A stretch of DNA of 64,000 bases, taken from assembly GCA_963663165.1 (NCBI GenBank), contig OY760175.1:4448001-4512000 (forward strand). The letters run 5' to 3'. Shown here piece after piece: positions 36,936 through 46,273 of the stretch (the first letter of the stretch is position 1; each line of letters begins with the position of its first letter). The DNA is from an uncultured Desulfospira sp. Lineage in GTDB: Bacteria > Desulfobacterota > Desulfobacteria > Desulfobacterales > Desulfobacteraceae. Under the pieces are notes generated by a model. It was not told the origin of the DNA. It ran no database searches and saw nothing but the letters and a program-made list of their open reading frames with translations. Made by a program: the position numbers and the translations under genes.

Positions 36936-37186
36936 AGCTCATTTTTTCGGACCATGCATGGAATGACTATCTCTTCTGGCAGAAAACCGATAAAAAAGTT
37001 CTACGCCGTATTAACACACTTATTAAAGATACAAAGCGAACCCCATTTGAGGGTGTTGGTAAGCCTGAACCTTTAAAACATGCGCTTTTCGGCTACTGGT
37101 CCAGACGGATAACCGATGAACACCGGTTTGTATACCGGGTTTTTGAAAATTCAATTGAAGTTGCTCAACTGCGATACCACTATTGA
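36932..37186 (+). CDS. yoeB: Toxin YoeB (Txe/YoeB)
   Basis: AWNDYLFWQ.TDKK...PFEGVGKPEPLKH...WSRRITDEHR...LRYHY; GTGA overlap. Confidence 0.97.
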   Translation: MKLIFSDHAWNDYLFWQKTDKKVLRRINTLIKDTKRTPFEGVGKPEPLKHALFGYWSRRITDEHRFVYRVFENSIEVAQLRYHY

Positions 37187-38037
37187 TTTAAAACCACGCA
37201 GGCCATGATGTTGTAGACCAGCTGGGCGGCGGTAAAAGAGCAGGAATGAAGATAAGGGATCGGCGCCAGTTCAACCACATCAAAGCCGATACAGGTCCGG
37301 TTTTTTGTGATCGGTTTGATCAGGTCCATGGCCTGGAACCAGCCAAGGCCGCCGGGAACCGGGGTGCCGGTGGCCGGGACCAGGGACGGGTCCAAGCCGT
37401 CAATGTCAAAGGTGATATAGATTTGTTCGGGAAAATCGTCGGGCAGGGGGTTTTTCGGCAAATGCCGGTGGATCTCTTCGCTGTCAAAAAAGGGGATGGC
37501 GTGCTGTTGCCGGTATTCCTGCTCTTCAAGGCAATAACTCCGGGTGCCGACCTGGACCAGCGGAATGCCAAGCTCGTGTACCCGGCGCATGACACAGGCA
37601 TGGCTTAATGGGTTCTCTTCATAAATATTTCTTAAATCGGCATGGGCGTCAAACTGGACTACGCCAAACTGGGGGTGCCGTTTTCTCAAAGCGTTGACCG
37701 CGCCCAGGGTCACGGTATGTTCGCCGCCGAGAACAACCGGGATGCTGCGGGCAAGGCTTACCTCGTCTTCAATTCGTTCCAGCACTGCAGACACCGGGCC
37801 TTGGCAGTCAATGGGGGCTGCGGTATGAATGCCGTGGATGGAGGGATCAACCCCTAAGGCCAGGGTCTCCAGCTGGCAGGAGGCTTCAAGAATGGCGCTG
37901 GGGCCGTTGGCCGTACCGGTGCCGTAGGAGACAGACTGCTCTAAAGGAACCGGGATAACGTGGAACAGGGCGTCTTCAGGTGATGACGGGGCAACGTCAT
38001 CACCATGAAAATGAAGGTGCCGGGCTTCTTTTTTCAT
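37180..38037 (-). CDS. speB: Agmatinase
   Basis: GGEHTVT, DAHADLR, SHAC, DIDGLDP, PATGTPVPGG. Confidence 0.93.
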   Translation of the reverse strand: MKKEARHLHFHGDDVAPSSPEDALFHVIPVPLEQSVSYGTGTANGPSAILEASCQLETLALGVDPSIHGIHTAAPIDCQGPVSAVLERIEDEVSLARSIPVVLGGEHTVTLGAVNALRKRHPQFGVVQFDAHADLRNIYEENPLSHACVMRRVHELGIPLVQVGTRSYCLEEQEYRQQHAIPFFDSEEIHRHLPKNPLPDDFPEQIYITFDIDGLDPSLVPATGTPVPGGLGWFQAMDLIKPITKNRTCIGFDVVELAPIPYLHSCSFTAAQLVYNIMACVVLNQ

Positions 38038-39209
38038 TTGATCCTCCCCAGGTAATCGTCGTAACCAAAGGACTTTACCAGCCGGGGGGAATCATCCTTG
38101 CCTGAAAAAGTATAGATGGCCGGCAGCTCTACCCCGTTAAACGTAGTGTTTTTTACAAAAGTGTACAGGGCCATATCCGTTAAAACCAGCCGCTCCCCTG
38201 TCCTAAGGGGCGCAGCAAAAGAATAGTCGCCGATAATATCCCCGGCAAGGCAGGAAATTCCCCCTAACCGGAAGGTGTGGGCAAATTCTTCCGGTGTACC
38301 TGATCCCAGAATGTGGGGCCGATAGGGCATGGCCAGCACATCGGGCATGTGGGTTTCGGCTGAGCAGTCCAGCACGGCAATGTCAAGATCGTTGTGAATG
38401 ATGTCCGCCACCGAGGTGACAAAGACCCCGGCGTCAAGGACCACGGCTTCCCCGGGTTCAAGATAGACATCCACATGGTACTGTCTGCGAAACCGGTTGA
38501 TGGTGTCACAGAGCAGGTCAATGTCGTAGCCGGAGCGGGTGATATGGTGCCCCCCGCCCAGGTTGATCCATTCCATTTGCTGGATATAGGGTTTGAACCG
38601 GTCCTCGAAGCTTTCTAAAACCCGGACCAGCACATTGGCTCCCTGTTCGCAAAGGGCGTGAAAGTGAAGCCCGGTGATGCCTGACAGGTCTGCCCCTTCA
38701 AGGTCTTTGGCAGACACCCCGAACCGGGAGCCCGGCAGGCAGGGGTTGTATAAATCCACTTTAACCTCGGCATGGCCCGGGTTTACCCGGAGCCCTGCCT
38801 TAATCTTCCCTTTTTGGTTTACCTGCTCTTTATACCGGTTCCACTGGCCCATGGAGTTGAAGATCACATGATCAGAATAGGTTAACACCCGCGCCATCTG
38901 GGACGGTGTATAGGCCGGTGCATAGGTGTGGACCTGGCCGCCGAACTCCTCCCGGCCAAGCCTGGCCTCGATGGGGCCGGAGGCGCAGACCCCGGAAAGG
39001 TACCGGGAAAGCAGGGGAAATACCGCGGGCAGGGCAAAGGCCTTGAGGGCCAGCAGGATTTTAACACCGGCCTGTTCCCGGACCCGGGAAAGGATCCGGC
39101 CGTTGCGGTGCAGGACATCCTCGCTGATCAGGTAGCAGGGGGTTTTTACCTGATCAATGATCCGGATCGGAAAATACGCCAGGGTTTTCTGATCAAGGGC
39201 CTTGTTCAC
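38034..39209 (-). CDS. nspC: Carboxy(nor)spermidine decarboxylase
   Basis: LLALKAF, YNPC..GSRFG, GLHFHALCEQ, NLGGGHHIT, EPGEA, HMPDVL.MPY, CLAGD, VKNTTFNG; GTG start at 39209. Confidence 0.95.
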   Translation of the reverse strand: MNKALDQKTLAYFPIRIIDQVKTPCYLISEDVLHRNGRILSRVREQAGVKILLALKAFALPAVFPLLSRYLSGVCASGPIEARLGREEFGGQVHTYAPAYTPSQMARVLTYSDHVIFNSMGQWNRYKEQVNQKGKIKAGLRVNPGHAEVKVDLYNPCLPGSRFGVSAKDLEGADLSGITGLHFHALCEQGANVLVRVLESFEDRFKPYIQQMEWINLGGGHHITRSGYDIDLLCDTINRFRRQYHVDVYLEPGEAVVLDAGVFVTSVADIIHNDLDIAVLDCSAETHMPDVLAMPYRPHILGSGTPEEFAHTFRLGGISCLAGDIIGDYSFAAPLRTGERLVLTDMALYTFVKNTTFNGVELPAIYTFSGKDDSPRLVKSFGYDDYLGRIK

Positions 39210-39213
39210 CGCA

Positions 39214-40431
39214 TTACTCCGGAAGGCTGCCCGTAAAGTCAACGGCCTGCCAGGGAAGCCCGTTCTGGTTGAGCTCTTCCATAAAGGGGTCCGGGTCAAG
39301 TTGCTCCACGTTAAACACCCCCTGCCCTTTCCAGATGCCTTTGACCATCATCATGGCCCCGATCATGGCCGGCACACCGGTGGTGTAGGAGACGGCCTGG
39401 GCCTGCACCTCTTTAAAGGCCTCGGCATGGTCGCAGACATTGTAAATATATTTCTGAACGGGATTCCCGTCTTTTTCCCCTTTAACCACACAGCCGATAA
39501 CGGTTTTGCCCGTGTAGTTGCTCCCAAGGGAACCGGGATCGGGAAGCAGGGCCTTTAAAAACCGGATGGGGACGATCTTCTGCCCTTGAAACTCAATTTC
39601 ATCAATCCGGGTCATCCCCACGTTTTCCAGGACCTTAAGATGGGTCAGGTAAGGCTGCCCAAAGGTCATCCAGAACCGGATCCGTTTCAGGCCCGGGATA
39701 TGCCTGACCAAGGATTCCATTTCTTCGTGATACAGCAGATAGCTTTCCTTTGGGCCGGCCACCGGGTAGTCAAAGGTAAAGTGGACGCAGTCGTCTTCCA
39801 GGATCGGCGGGGTTTCCACCCAGGTGCCCTCCTGCCAGTGGCGGACCACCTGGGTGACTTCCCGGATATTGATTTCCGGGTTAAAGTTGGTGGCAAAAGG
39901 GTGGCCGTGGTCACCGGCATTGCAGTCCAGGATATCAATGGTTTCAATGGAAGAAAACAGATGCTTCTGGGCCCAGGCGCAGAAAATGTTGGTAACACCG
40001 GGATCAAACCCGCACCCCAGCAGGGCCATGAGCCCTTTTTCCTTAAATTTATCCTGGTAGGCCCATTGCCAGCTGTATTCAAAGTGGGCCGTGTCCTCGG
40101 GCTCATAATTGGCCGTGTCCATATAGTTGACCCCGCATGCAAGGCAGGCGTCCATAATGGACAGGTCCTGGTAGGGCAGGGCCACATTAATCACCAGTTC
40201 CGGCCGGCACCGCTCAAGCAGTTCAACCAGGTCATCCACCTTGTCGGCATCCACCTGGGCCGTGGTGATGGAAACGGTGCACAATTTTTCCACTTCTTCA
40301 GCGATGGCTTCGCATTTGGACAAGGTCCGGCTGGCAAGCCATATATCAGAAAATACATTTTTGTGCATGGCGCATTTTTTGGCGACCACGTTGCCGACGC
40401 CGCCGGCGCCGATAATCAGGACACGTGACAT
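39214..40431 (-). CDS. Carboxy(nor)spermidine dehydrogenase (saccharopine dehydrogenase family)
   Basis: IIGAGGVG, NVALPYQDL, DTANYEP, GFDPG, FATNFNPEINIRE, QAVSYTTGVP; between speA and nspC. Confidence 0.93.
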   Translation of the reverse strand: MSRVLIIGAGGVGNVVAKKCAMHKNVFSDIWLASRTLSKCEAIAEEVEKLCTVSITTAQVDADKVDDLVELLERCRPELVINVALPYQDLSIMDACLACGVNYMDTANYEPEDTAHFEYSWQWAYQDKFKEKGLMALLGCGFDPGVTNIFCAWAQKHLFSSIETIDILDCNAGDHGHPFATNFNPEINIREVTQVVRHWQEGTWVETPPILEDDCVHFTFDYPVAGPKESYLLYHEEMESLVRHIPGLKRIRFWMTFGQPYLTHLKVLENVGMTRIDEIEFQGQKIVPIRFLKALLPDPGSLGSNYTGKTVIGCVVKGEKDGNPVQKYIYNVCDHAEAFKEVQAQAVSYTTGVPAMIGAMMMVKGIWKGQGVFNVEQLDPDPFMEELNQNGLPWQAVDFTGSLPE

Positions 40432-40442
40432 ATTTTTCCTCC

Positions 40443-42344
40443 TTACTCTTTTTCAAAATAGGTGTAGCCCCGCAGGCCCTCTTCAAATTTCTTGAGAATG
40501 GTCTTGCGTTCTTTTGTTTTGATCAGCCCTTTTTCAATGGATTCTTCGGCTATCGCTTTGAGCCGCCCTTTAAAGGCCCGAAGGTCGTATTCCACATAAG
40601 ACAGGATATCTTCCACGGAGTCCCCCTCAATTTCATGGGCAAACTGGTAAGACCCGTCGGGGTTTGCCCTGATGGAGACAATATTGGTATCCCCGAACAG
40701 GTTGTGCAGGTCGCCTAAGGTTTCCTGGTAGGCCCCGACCAGGAAAACCCCCAGATAATACTCTTCATTTTCACGCAAAGGGTGAAGGGGAATCCGGTTT
40801 CTTTCCTGGTCTACCCCGGGAAAGGTGTCTAATTTACCGTCGCAGTCACAGGTGATATCGGAAATAATGGCCGGCCGGGTGGGTTCCTCGGTGAGCCGGT
40901 GAATGGGCATGATGGGCATGATCTGGTCTATGGCCCAGACATCGGGCAGGGATTGGAACAAGCTGAAATTGCCGTAATAGATGTCATAGACCAGCTCTTC
41001 AATGTTTTTGACCTCTTTGGGAACCCGGGTCAGGGTTTTGGCCACCTGGCTGATTTTAATCAGGATATGCTGGACCAGGTTTTCGGCAAGGGCCCGCTCC
41101 CGGATGGAGATCTGGCCGTGTTTGAACAACTGCCGGGCCTGGCTCCGGTAAAACAGGACATCGTTGCAGCACTCCTGCAGGTCCTTTGGGCTGACCATAT
41201 GATAATTGGCCAGTAAATTGTCAATCAGGTCATGGGCGGTTTCGGGCAGGTTTTCAGGAACAGGGGGCGGCTCAAAGGAGCTGACATCCAGAATGTTAAA
41301 CAGCAGAACAGATGAATAGGCCACCGTTGCCCTGCCCGATTCGGTGATGATAGTGGGGTGGGGAATCCCGCTTTTATCGAGCATGGTGATGATGGACTCC
41401 ACAATGTCGGTGCAGTATTCCTCCAAGGTGTAGTTCCGGCTTGAGGGGGTGTTGGAGTGGGACCCGTCATAGTCCACGGCAAGGCCACCGCCAAGGTCAA
41501 TAAACCCCATGGGAGCGCCTTCTTTGATCAGTTCTTCGTAAAGCCGGCACGCCTCCATGGCCCCGGCCCGGATGTCGCTGATGTTGGGAATCTGGGAGCC
41601 GATGTGGTAGTGGAGCAGTTTTAAAGTGGACAGCATATTTTCCTGTTTAAGCCGGTCAATGACATCTATCACATGGCTCATGGTCAGGCCAAAGACGCTG
41701 CTGTCCCCGCCGGATTCCGTCCATTTCCCTTCGGCCTGGGTGGACAGTTTGATCCTAAGGCCGATGTTGGGGGATATGGAAAGAACATGGGCCCGTTCAA
41801 TGATCAAATCGATTTCTCCGGGAACCTCCACCACAAAAATGACCTGGAACCCCATTTTAATGGCAAAAAGGCCAAGATCAATGAATTCTTCATCCTTGTA
41901 CCCGTTGCAGACCAGGCAGGCATCCCGGTTGTCCAGCATGGATATGGCGGCAATGAGCTCTGATTTGCTGCCCGCTTCAAGGCCGTGATTGTATTCCCTG
42001 CCGTATTTGGTGATGGTTTCCACCACCTGTTCCTGCTGGTTTACCTTTATGGGATAAACTCCCTTATATTCACCGGTATATCCGTTTTCTTTAATGGCGG
42101 TTCGAAACGCATCATGGAGAGATCCGATCTGGGAGCCAAGGATGTTTTCAATGCGAAGCAGAACCGGCATGGAATGGCCCCGGGCCTCTATTTCCCGGAT
42201 GATGTCAAACAGGCTGACTTTTGTATTGTTCCGGGCGCCAAACGGGGCAACAACCACCTCTCCCCGGTCATTTATGCTAAAGTATTCTGCCCCCCATTTG
42301 TCCACACCGTACAATTCGGTGGCCTGTTCCAGTGTCCAGGTCAT
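40443..42344 (-). CDS. speA: Biosynthetic arginine decarboxylase
   Basis: YPIKVNQ, GLEAGSK, CNGYKD, HYHIGSQI, DLGGGLAVDYDG, ESGRA, DITCDCDG, GAYQETLGDLHNLFG. Confidence 0.97.
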   Translation of the reverse strand: MTWTLEQATELYGVDKWGAEYFSINDRGEVVVAPFGARNNTKVSLFDIIREIEARGHSMPVLLRIENILGSQIGSLHDAFRTAIKENGYTGEYKGVYPIKVNQQEQVVETITKYGREYNHGLEAGSKSELIAAISMLDNRDACLVCNGYKDEEFIDLGLFAIKMGFQVIFVVEVPGEIDLIIERAHVLSISPNIGLRIKLSTQAEGKWTESGGDSSVFGLTMSHVIDVIDRLKQENMLSTLKLLHYHIGSQIPNISDIRAGAMEACRLYEELIKEGAPMGFIDLGGGLAVDYDGSHSNTPSSRNYTLEEYCTDIVESIITMLDKSGIPHPTIITESGRATVAYSSVLLFNILDVSSFEPPPVPENLPETAHDLIDNLLANYHMVSPKDLQECCNDVLFYRSQARQLFKHGQISIRERALAENLVQHILIKISQVAKTLTRVPKEVKNIEELVYDIYYGNFSLFQSLPDVWAIDQIMPIMPIHRLTEEPTRPAIISDITCDCDGKLDTFPGVDQERNRIPLHPLRENEEYYLGVFLVGAYQETLGDLHNLFGDTNIVSIRANPDGSYQFAHEIEGDSVEDILSYVEYDLRAFKGRLKAIAEESIEKGLIKTKERKTILKKFEEGLRGYTYFEKE

Positions 42345-42607
42345 GGGCGTGTATCCTTTCTTTGTCCATATTGTTCAATGATACATTAATGTGTGAACCA
42401 TAACAGAAAAACTGCTTTTACGTAATAGCACAATTATTGTCAATAACAATGAAAAGGAAGGCGGTTGATTTTTTTATACCGTTAAAAAATTTGCATTTAT
42501 GTAATTTTTTTAAAGACTGAAGGCTGCTGGCCCGGATATGTCACGACCTGTTGTTGTCTCAGGGACAGGGCCATTTTGACAGACAGTGCCTGGGCAAACA
42601 CACCCAT

Positions 42608-42725
42608 AAAAAAGGCCGGAAAGGAGGAGCGTCCTTTCCGGCCTGTGGCCCTGCGGAGGGAACTTAAAGGAGGGGTGCGGCAGCGTTGGGAGGAGGAGGG
42701 CCGCTGCCGCGGGTGTAACGCAAGC
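42608..42725 (-). ncRNA. Candidate 3'-UTR sRNA with CCUCC-rich stem-loops ending in an intrinsic terminator
   Basis: Minus strand GCGGCAGCG-GCCCTCCTCCTCCCAA-CGCTGCCGC, linker ACCCCTCCTT..CCCTCC, terminator AGGCCGGAAAGGA-CGCTCC-TCCTTTCCGGCCT-TTTTT. Confidence 0.55.
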
Positions 42726-42733
42726 AGGAACCT

Positions 42734-42934
42734 TTAGCCTACTTTAAGATGGATATTATGGGATGCCAGGGTCGAGGTGACGGCCTGGTTCATTTGGGCA
42801 GGCGTCAGGTTTGACCGGTATTTCCCGCCAATCTCATTGATCTCAATTCCATCTATATTTTTCCGGGTCAGTTTAAGCAGTACGCTGAGCCCGAATGTTT
42901 TTTTAACTTCAAATAATTCTTTGGTGCTGTCCAT
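42734..42934 (-). CDS. Small hypothetical protein (66 aa)
   Basis: AAGGA RBS, own sigma54 promoter upstream and terminator downstream. Confidence 0.8.
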   Translation of the reverse strand: MDSTKELFEVKKTFGLSVLLKLTRKNIDGIEINEIGGKYRSNLTPAQMNQAVTSTLASHNIHLKVG

Positions 42935-42980
42935 TTTATATATGTCCTTAAATTGCGTGTTAAACTATGAAAATTTATAA

Positions 42981-42997
42981 TGCAAACCGTGTGCCAA
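42981..42997 (-). promoter_or_regulatory. Sigma54 (RpoN) -24/-12 promoter
   Basis: Minus strand TTGGCACACGGTTTGCA, matching TGGCAC-N5-TTGC. Confidence 0.85.
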
Positions 42998-43376
42998 ATT
43001 TTTCAAACTGGACAAAAAATTTTAAAAGCCTTGGGGGTAAACGGATTTCAAGGGGTAAAAACGCAATGCCCGGGGGGTGATATTGAAATGGCAGAAAATA
43101 AATAACATTTTTGTTTTTATCTGGCCGGGGGGTATGGCGGGAAGCGAAGGCGCTGTTTTAATGTTTTCAATATGTTGGCATAAAATACAAGGCCTGGTTT
43201 TCCGCCGGGTAATTTTATGCAAAAAATACAGAATATGTTGCGTTTACCACAGATTTACTGTTATGGTGGCCTTTATTGAAACCGTGGACCCACCGGGATT
43301 TTTTTCAAGGTATTGAAGCCCTGGACGGCCATTGGTTTTATTCATGTTCTTTCAATTTAACCCACAGGAGAGATCA

Positions 43377-43895
43377 ATGACCGGAACCATTGCAGCCCTG
43401 GTTGCTGTGGCCGCGGCTATAGGAATAGGCGTGACGGTGTTAAAAAAAAAGAAGCCGGCCCCGGCTTCTTCCGAGCCACCGCCCCCTGAGCCGGAACAGC
43501 CCCCTAAAGATGAGACAGAGTTCAGAACTGTCCTGGATTCTTTACTCAAGCTTAATTTGATGGTCAGAACCGATGCCGGGTTCCCTTCAGACCTGACCCT
43601 TGAGATTGAGGCCATCATGGATGACTTAAAATCCGTAATTCCTCCCATGATGGAGCGGTACCCGGGTGAAGCCCTGACCTATGAACTCAAAAAAATCGGG
43701 GGAAACCACCTTCATAAAATTGTAAAGGAATTTCTGGATCTTTCCGCTGAGAGCAGAAAGGCCCAGGACAATATTTTTAGAAATTCCATCAAGAACCTGC
43801 AAGAGGTGACCAAACGCTCCCGGCAGATTATTGAAAGCAATGAAACCGCTGAGTTTAAAACCATGGCGCACTTTCTGGCCGGAAAGTTCTCCTGA
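43377..43895 (+). CDS. Membrane-anchored helical protein, XpaC-like partner of TelA
   Basis: N-terminal TM, KKKK, Pro-rich linker, helical body; AGGAG RBS; position directly before telA as in xpaC-telA pairs (inference). Confidence 0.65.
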   Translation: MTGTIAALVAVAAAIGIGVTVLKKKKPAPASSEPPPPEPEQPPKDETEFRTVLDSLLKLNLMVRTDAGFPSDLTLEIEAIMDDLKSVIPPMMERYPGEALTYELKKIGGNHLHKIVKEFLDLSAESRKAQDNIFRNSIKNLQEVTKRSRQIIESNETAEFKTMAHFLAGKFS

Positions 43896-43898
43896 AAA

Positions 43899-43959
43899 TT
43901 TCGGACGAACCCTCACCCGGCTGCTGCAAAAATTTGTATCCGGGTAAATTTGGTCCAAC
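43899..43959. repeat. Short inverted-repeat element related to the 45285-45409 element
   Basis: ttcggacgaac...cacccgg...ccgggtaaatttggtccaa. Confidence 0.45.
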
Positions 43960-44049
43960 GCCAAATCGATAATATTGAAAAACAGATGAAGGCCGCCGGA
44001 TAATCATTTTCATCCTTTATCCCTCATCCTTTCATACAAGGAGAGATCC

Positions 44050-45282
44050 ATGAGCGAGGCAGTACAAGATCTTCAAAGTGTTGTGAGCCAGGCAAAGGCC
44101 CCGGTTCTGGCAGAAGTTACAGAAACGTCAGGTCAGGGCGCGTTAACGCCGGTTCAGGCTCCCTCCAACCTGGTGCCGGTGGAACCCAGACACCTGGCCC
44201 CTGAAGACCTCAAGGCCCTGGAGGCTGAGGCCGACGAATTTATAGAAAAGGTTAAAGCCGATCCGTCCAACTGGCAGCTGGGAAATTTTGTCTTTTCCTT
44301 AGGCCAGGAGATCATGGAACAGACCCAGGCCCAGGTCAGCCTTTATGACCGGAAAATGGGCAGTGTCCTTAAAAACGTGGCCACGGATGAATCCTCCCCG
44401 GTGGGGAAAAATATTCTGGCCATCAAAGTCGAGCTGGACAAGGTCAACCCCACCGTGGTGGCCAGAACCGAAATGCCCTTTCCCAAAAAGGTGATGGGCC
44501 TGTTTACAAGGACCGTAAACCGGCTGCCCAAGGGGGATGAGATCCTTAGAATTATTTCGGAAAGACGGGAAACCGTGAATTCCACCATTGACGGCATCCG
44601 GACCCATCTGCGCAACGAGGCCGACCAGGTGGCCTTTGATGCCTCGGAACTGGCCGTAATCTGTGATGCCTTAAAAGAGGTCCAGCCGGCCCTTCAGGAA
44701 AGAATTTTCCTGGGCCAGTTGATCTGGACCCGGCTTATGGCCCAGATTGAACAGGCCCAGGACCCCCGGATCAAGGAAGCCCTGACCACCCTCACCTCAG
44801 ACCTTGCCATGGCCGTGGTAGACCTTCAGACCATTGACAACTCCAATCTCCAGACCCGGTTCGGCGGGGAGATGATGGTTAGAAATTCCCATCTGGTCAA
44901 ACGGCTGGTCCAGAGAACCGACATGATCCTGTCCACGGCCGTGAAAAACGCGTTGGCCGTCCGGGTGGCGGCTGAACAGCAGATGGAAACCATGCAGCAT
45001 CTGGACATGGTCCAGCAGGCGGCCGCTGAAACCATGAAAGACACGGCCAAAGTAATTGGTGCTGCAGCAGTCAAGGGGGCCCAGATGAGCCAGTCCATGA
45101 CCGTGAATATTGATGCTTTGGAAGAGGCCTGCCAGACCTATGAACAGGCATTTGAAGCCTATGCCCAGATTTCAAAGGAGACCATCAGCATTGCCTCCCA
45201 GAGTTCCACGGCCTTAGGGCAGATGAATGAAAAATTCCGTGCCAGGACCGATGCCCTGACCGCCAGAAGACAGGAGACATAA
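44050..45282 (+). CDS. Toxic anion resistance protein (TelA/KlaB family), long coiled-coil
   Basis: 410-aa helical protein with LGQEIMEQ...ILAIKVELDKVNP...TVNSTIDGI...VNIDALEEA pattern typical of TelA. Confidence 0.75.
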   Translation: MSEAVQDLQSVVSQAKAPVLAEVTETSGQGALTPVQAPSNLVPVEPRHLAPEDLKALEAEADEFIEKVKADPSNWQLGNFVFSLGQEIMEQTQAQVSLYDRKMGSVLKNVATDESSPVGKNILAIKVELDKVNPTVVARTEMPFPKKVMGLFTRTVNRLPKGDEILRIISERRETVNSTIDGIRTHLRNEADQVAFDASELAVICDALKEVQPALQERIFLGQLIWTRLMAQIEQAQDPRIKEALTTLTSDLAMAVVDLQTIDNSNLQTRFGGEMMVRNSHLVKRLVQRTDMILSTAVKNALAVRVAAEQQMETMQHLDMVQQAAAETMKDTAKVIGAAAVKGAQMSQSMTVNIDALEEACQTYEQAFEAYAQISKETISIASQSSTALGQMNEKFRARTDALTARRQET

Positions 45283-45284
45283 GC

Positions 45285-45409
45285 GTTTGAACGACAATTC
45301 ACCCATCTGCGGCGTGGCTTCACAAATGATGTAATCCCCACAACCCTGAAGGTTGCTCCGGTTACAAATTTGCCTGCGCCTTGCATTTTAAGCAAATTCT
45401 CGTCCAAAC
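45285..45409. mobile_element. MITE-like non-autonomous palindromic element
   Basis: Imperfect terminal inverted repeats gtttgaacgacaatt / aattctcgtccaaac, nested hairpin tgtaatcc..caacc/ggttg..ggttaca; about 125 bp, non-coding. Confidence 0.6.
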
Positions 45410-45555
45410 CCAGGCCCCCGGCCAGACATTAAAGTATATATAAAATATGTAGATTATAAATTCACAACAAACCATGAAAGCCATGAAGGTCATGGCACTG
45501 GCAACCCTAACAGCCTTCAGCCTATGCCCCTTCAGTCTTTCATACGGGAGAAACT

Positions 45556-46194
45556 ATGATTGATCCGGCAGTGAAAAAATCCTATGAGGAACGGTTTTCC
45601 ATTATCCGGACCCTGACACCCGAAGCCCTGGTTCCGGAAAGGCAGCAGATGGAACTGACCCTGAAAGACATCGGGGCCGGGGCTTTTTTCAGCTTTGAAG
45701 GCCAAAGTTTTTATGTCAAAGAAACGGCCGTTTATGAGGAAACCTCTGAAAATTTCAAGACCCGCCAGGGATATACGGTTACTGAACTGACCTGTCTGTG
45801 TCTTGAAACCGGTGAGACCATCTGGTTTGAATGGGAATATGACGATGAGCTGGAAATCAGCCTGACCCAGGAACGGATTTCTTTTCGGCAACTGACGGAT
45901 GAAGACGGGGAGTCCATTGATGAGGATGACCTGGACCAGATTGCCGATGACCAGGATGTCGTGGTATATAAAGGGGAGAAATTCTGGTATGAAGACGACT
46001 GGGCCGCCATCTATGAACGGGGCGGCCAGGAAGAGAAGCTCTTTGTTTATGAGTTTGAAAACGAGGCGGGAAACCGGTACCTCTCCATTGAGGAATGGCA
46101 GGGCTCGGTCAGGGAAGAATACCAGATCTATACCAGCAGGCCTGTGGCCCCCGGTGCCGTCAATATTATCGCTGCAAAGACTGAAGGGAAATAG
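45556..46194 (+). CDS. DUF4178-like acidic protein
   Basis: Very acidic, aromatic beta-rich (IWFEWEYDDE, YLSIEEW); operon context with DUF350 and spermidine synthase. Confidence 0.65.
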   Translation: MIDPAVKKSYEERFSIIRTLTPEALVPERQQMELTLKDIGAGAFFSFEGQSFYVKETAVYEETSENFKTRQGYTVTELTCLCLETGETIWFEWEYDDELEISLTQERISFRQLTDEDGESIDEDDLDQIADDQDVVVYKGEKFWYEDDWAAIYERGGQEEKLFVYEFENEAGNRYLSIEEWQGSVREEYQIYTSRPVAPGAVNIIAAKTEGK

Positions 46195-46243
46195 ACTGAA
46201 GGCTGAAGGTTGCTCATACTTCAGCCTAACACCCTTCAGCCTA
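46178..46243. repeat. Family B inverted repeat overlapping the DUF4178 stop codon
   Basis: agactgaagggaaatagactgaaggctgaagg...cttcagcctaacacccttcagccta. Confidence 0.85.
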
Positions 46244-46273
46244 AGACCTAATACAAAAGGAGACTGATACAGG

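Noticed and set aside
36684..37186. yefM-yoeB as marker of a prophage or island
   Set aside because: No integrase, att site or phage gene nearby; appears to be a stand-alone module
39586..40428. Long antisense ORFs (also 45532-46431, 47039-47698, 58293-58937, 62814-63473)
   Set aside because: Shadows of well-supported genes on the opposite strand, with no motifs
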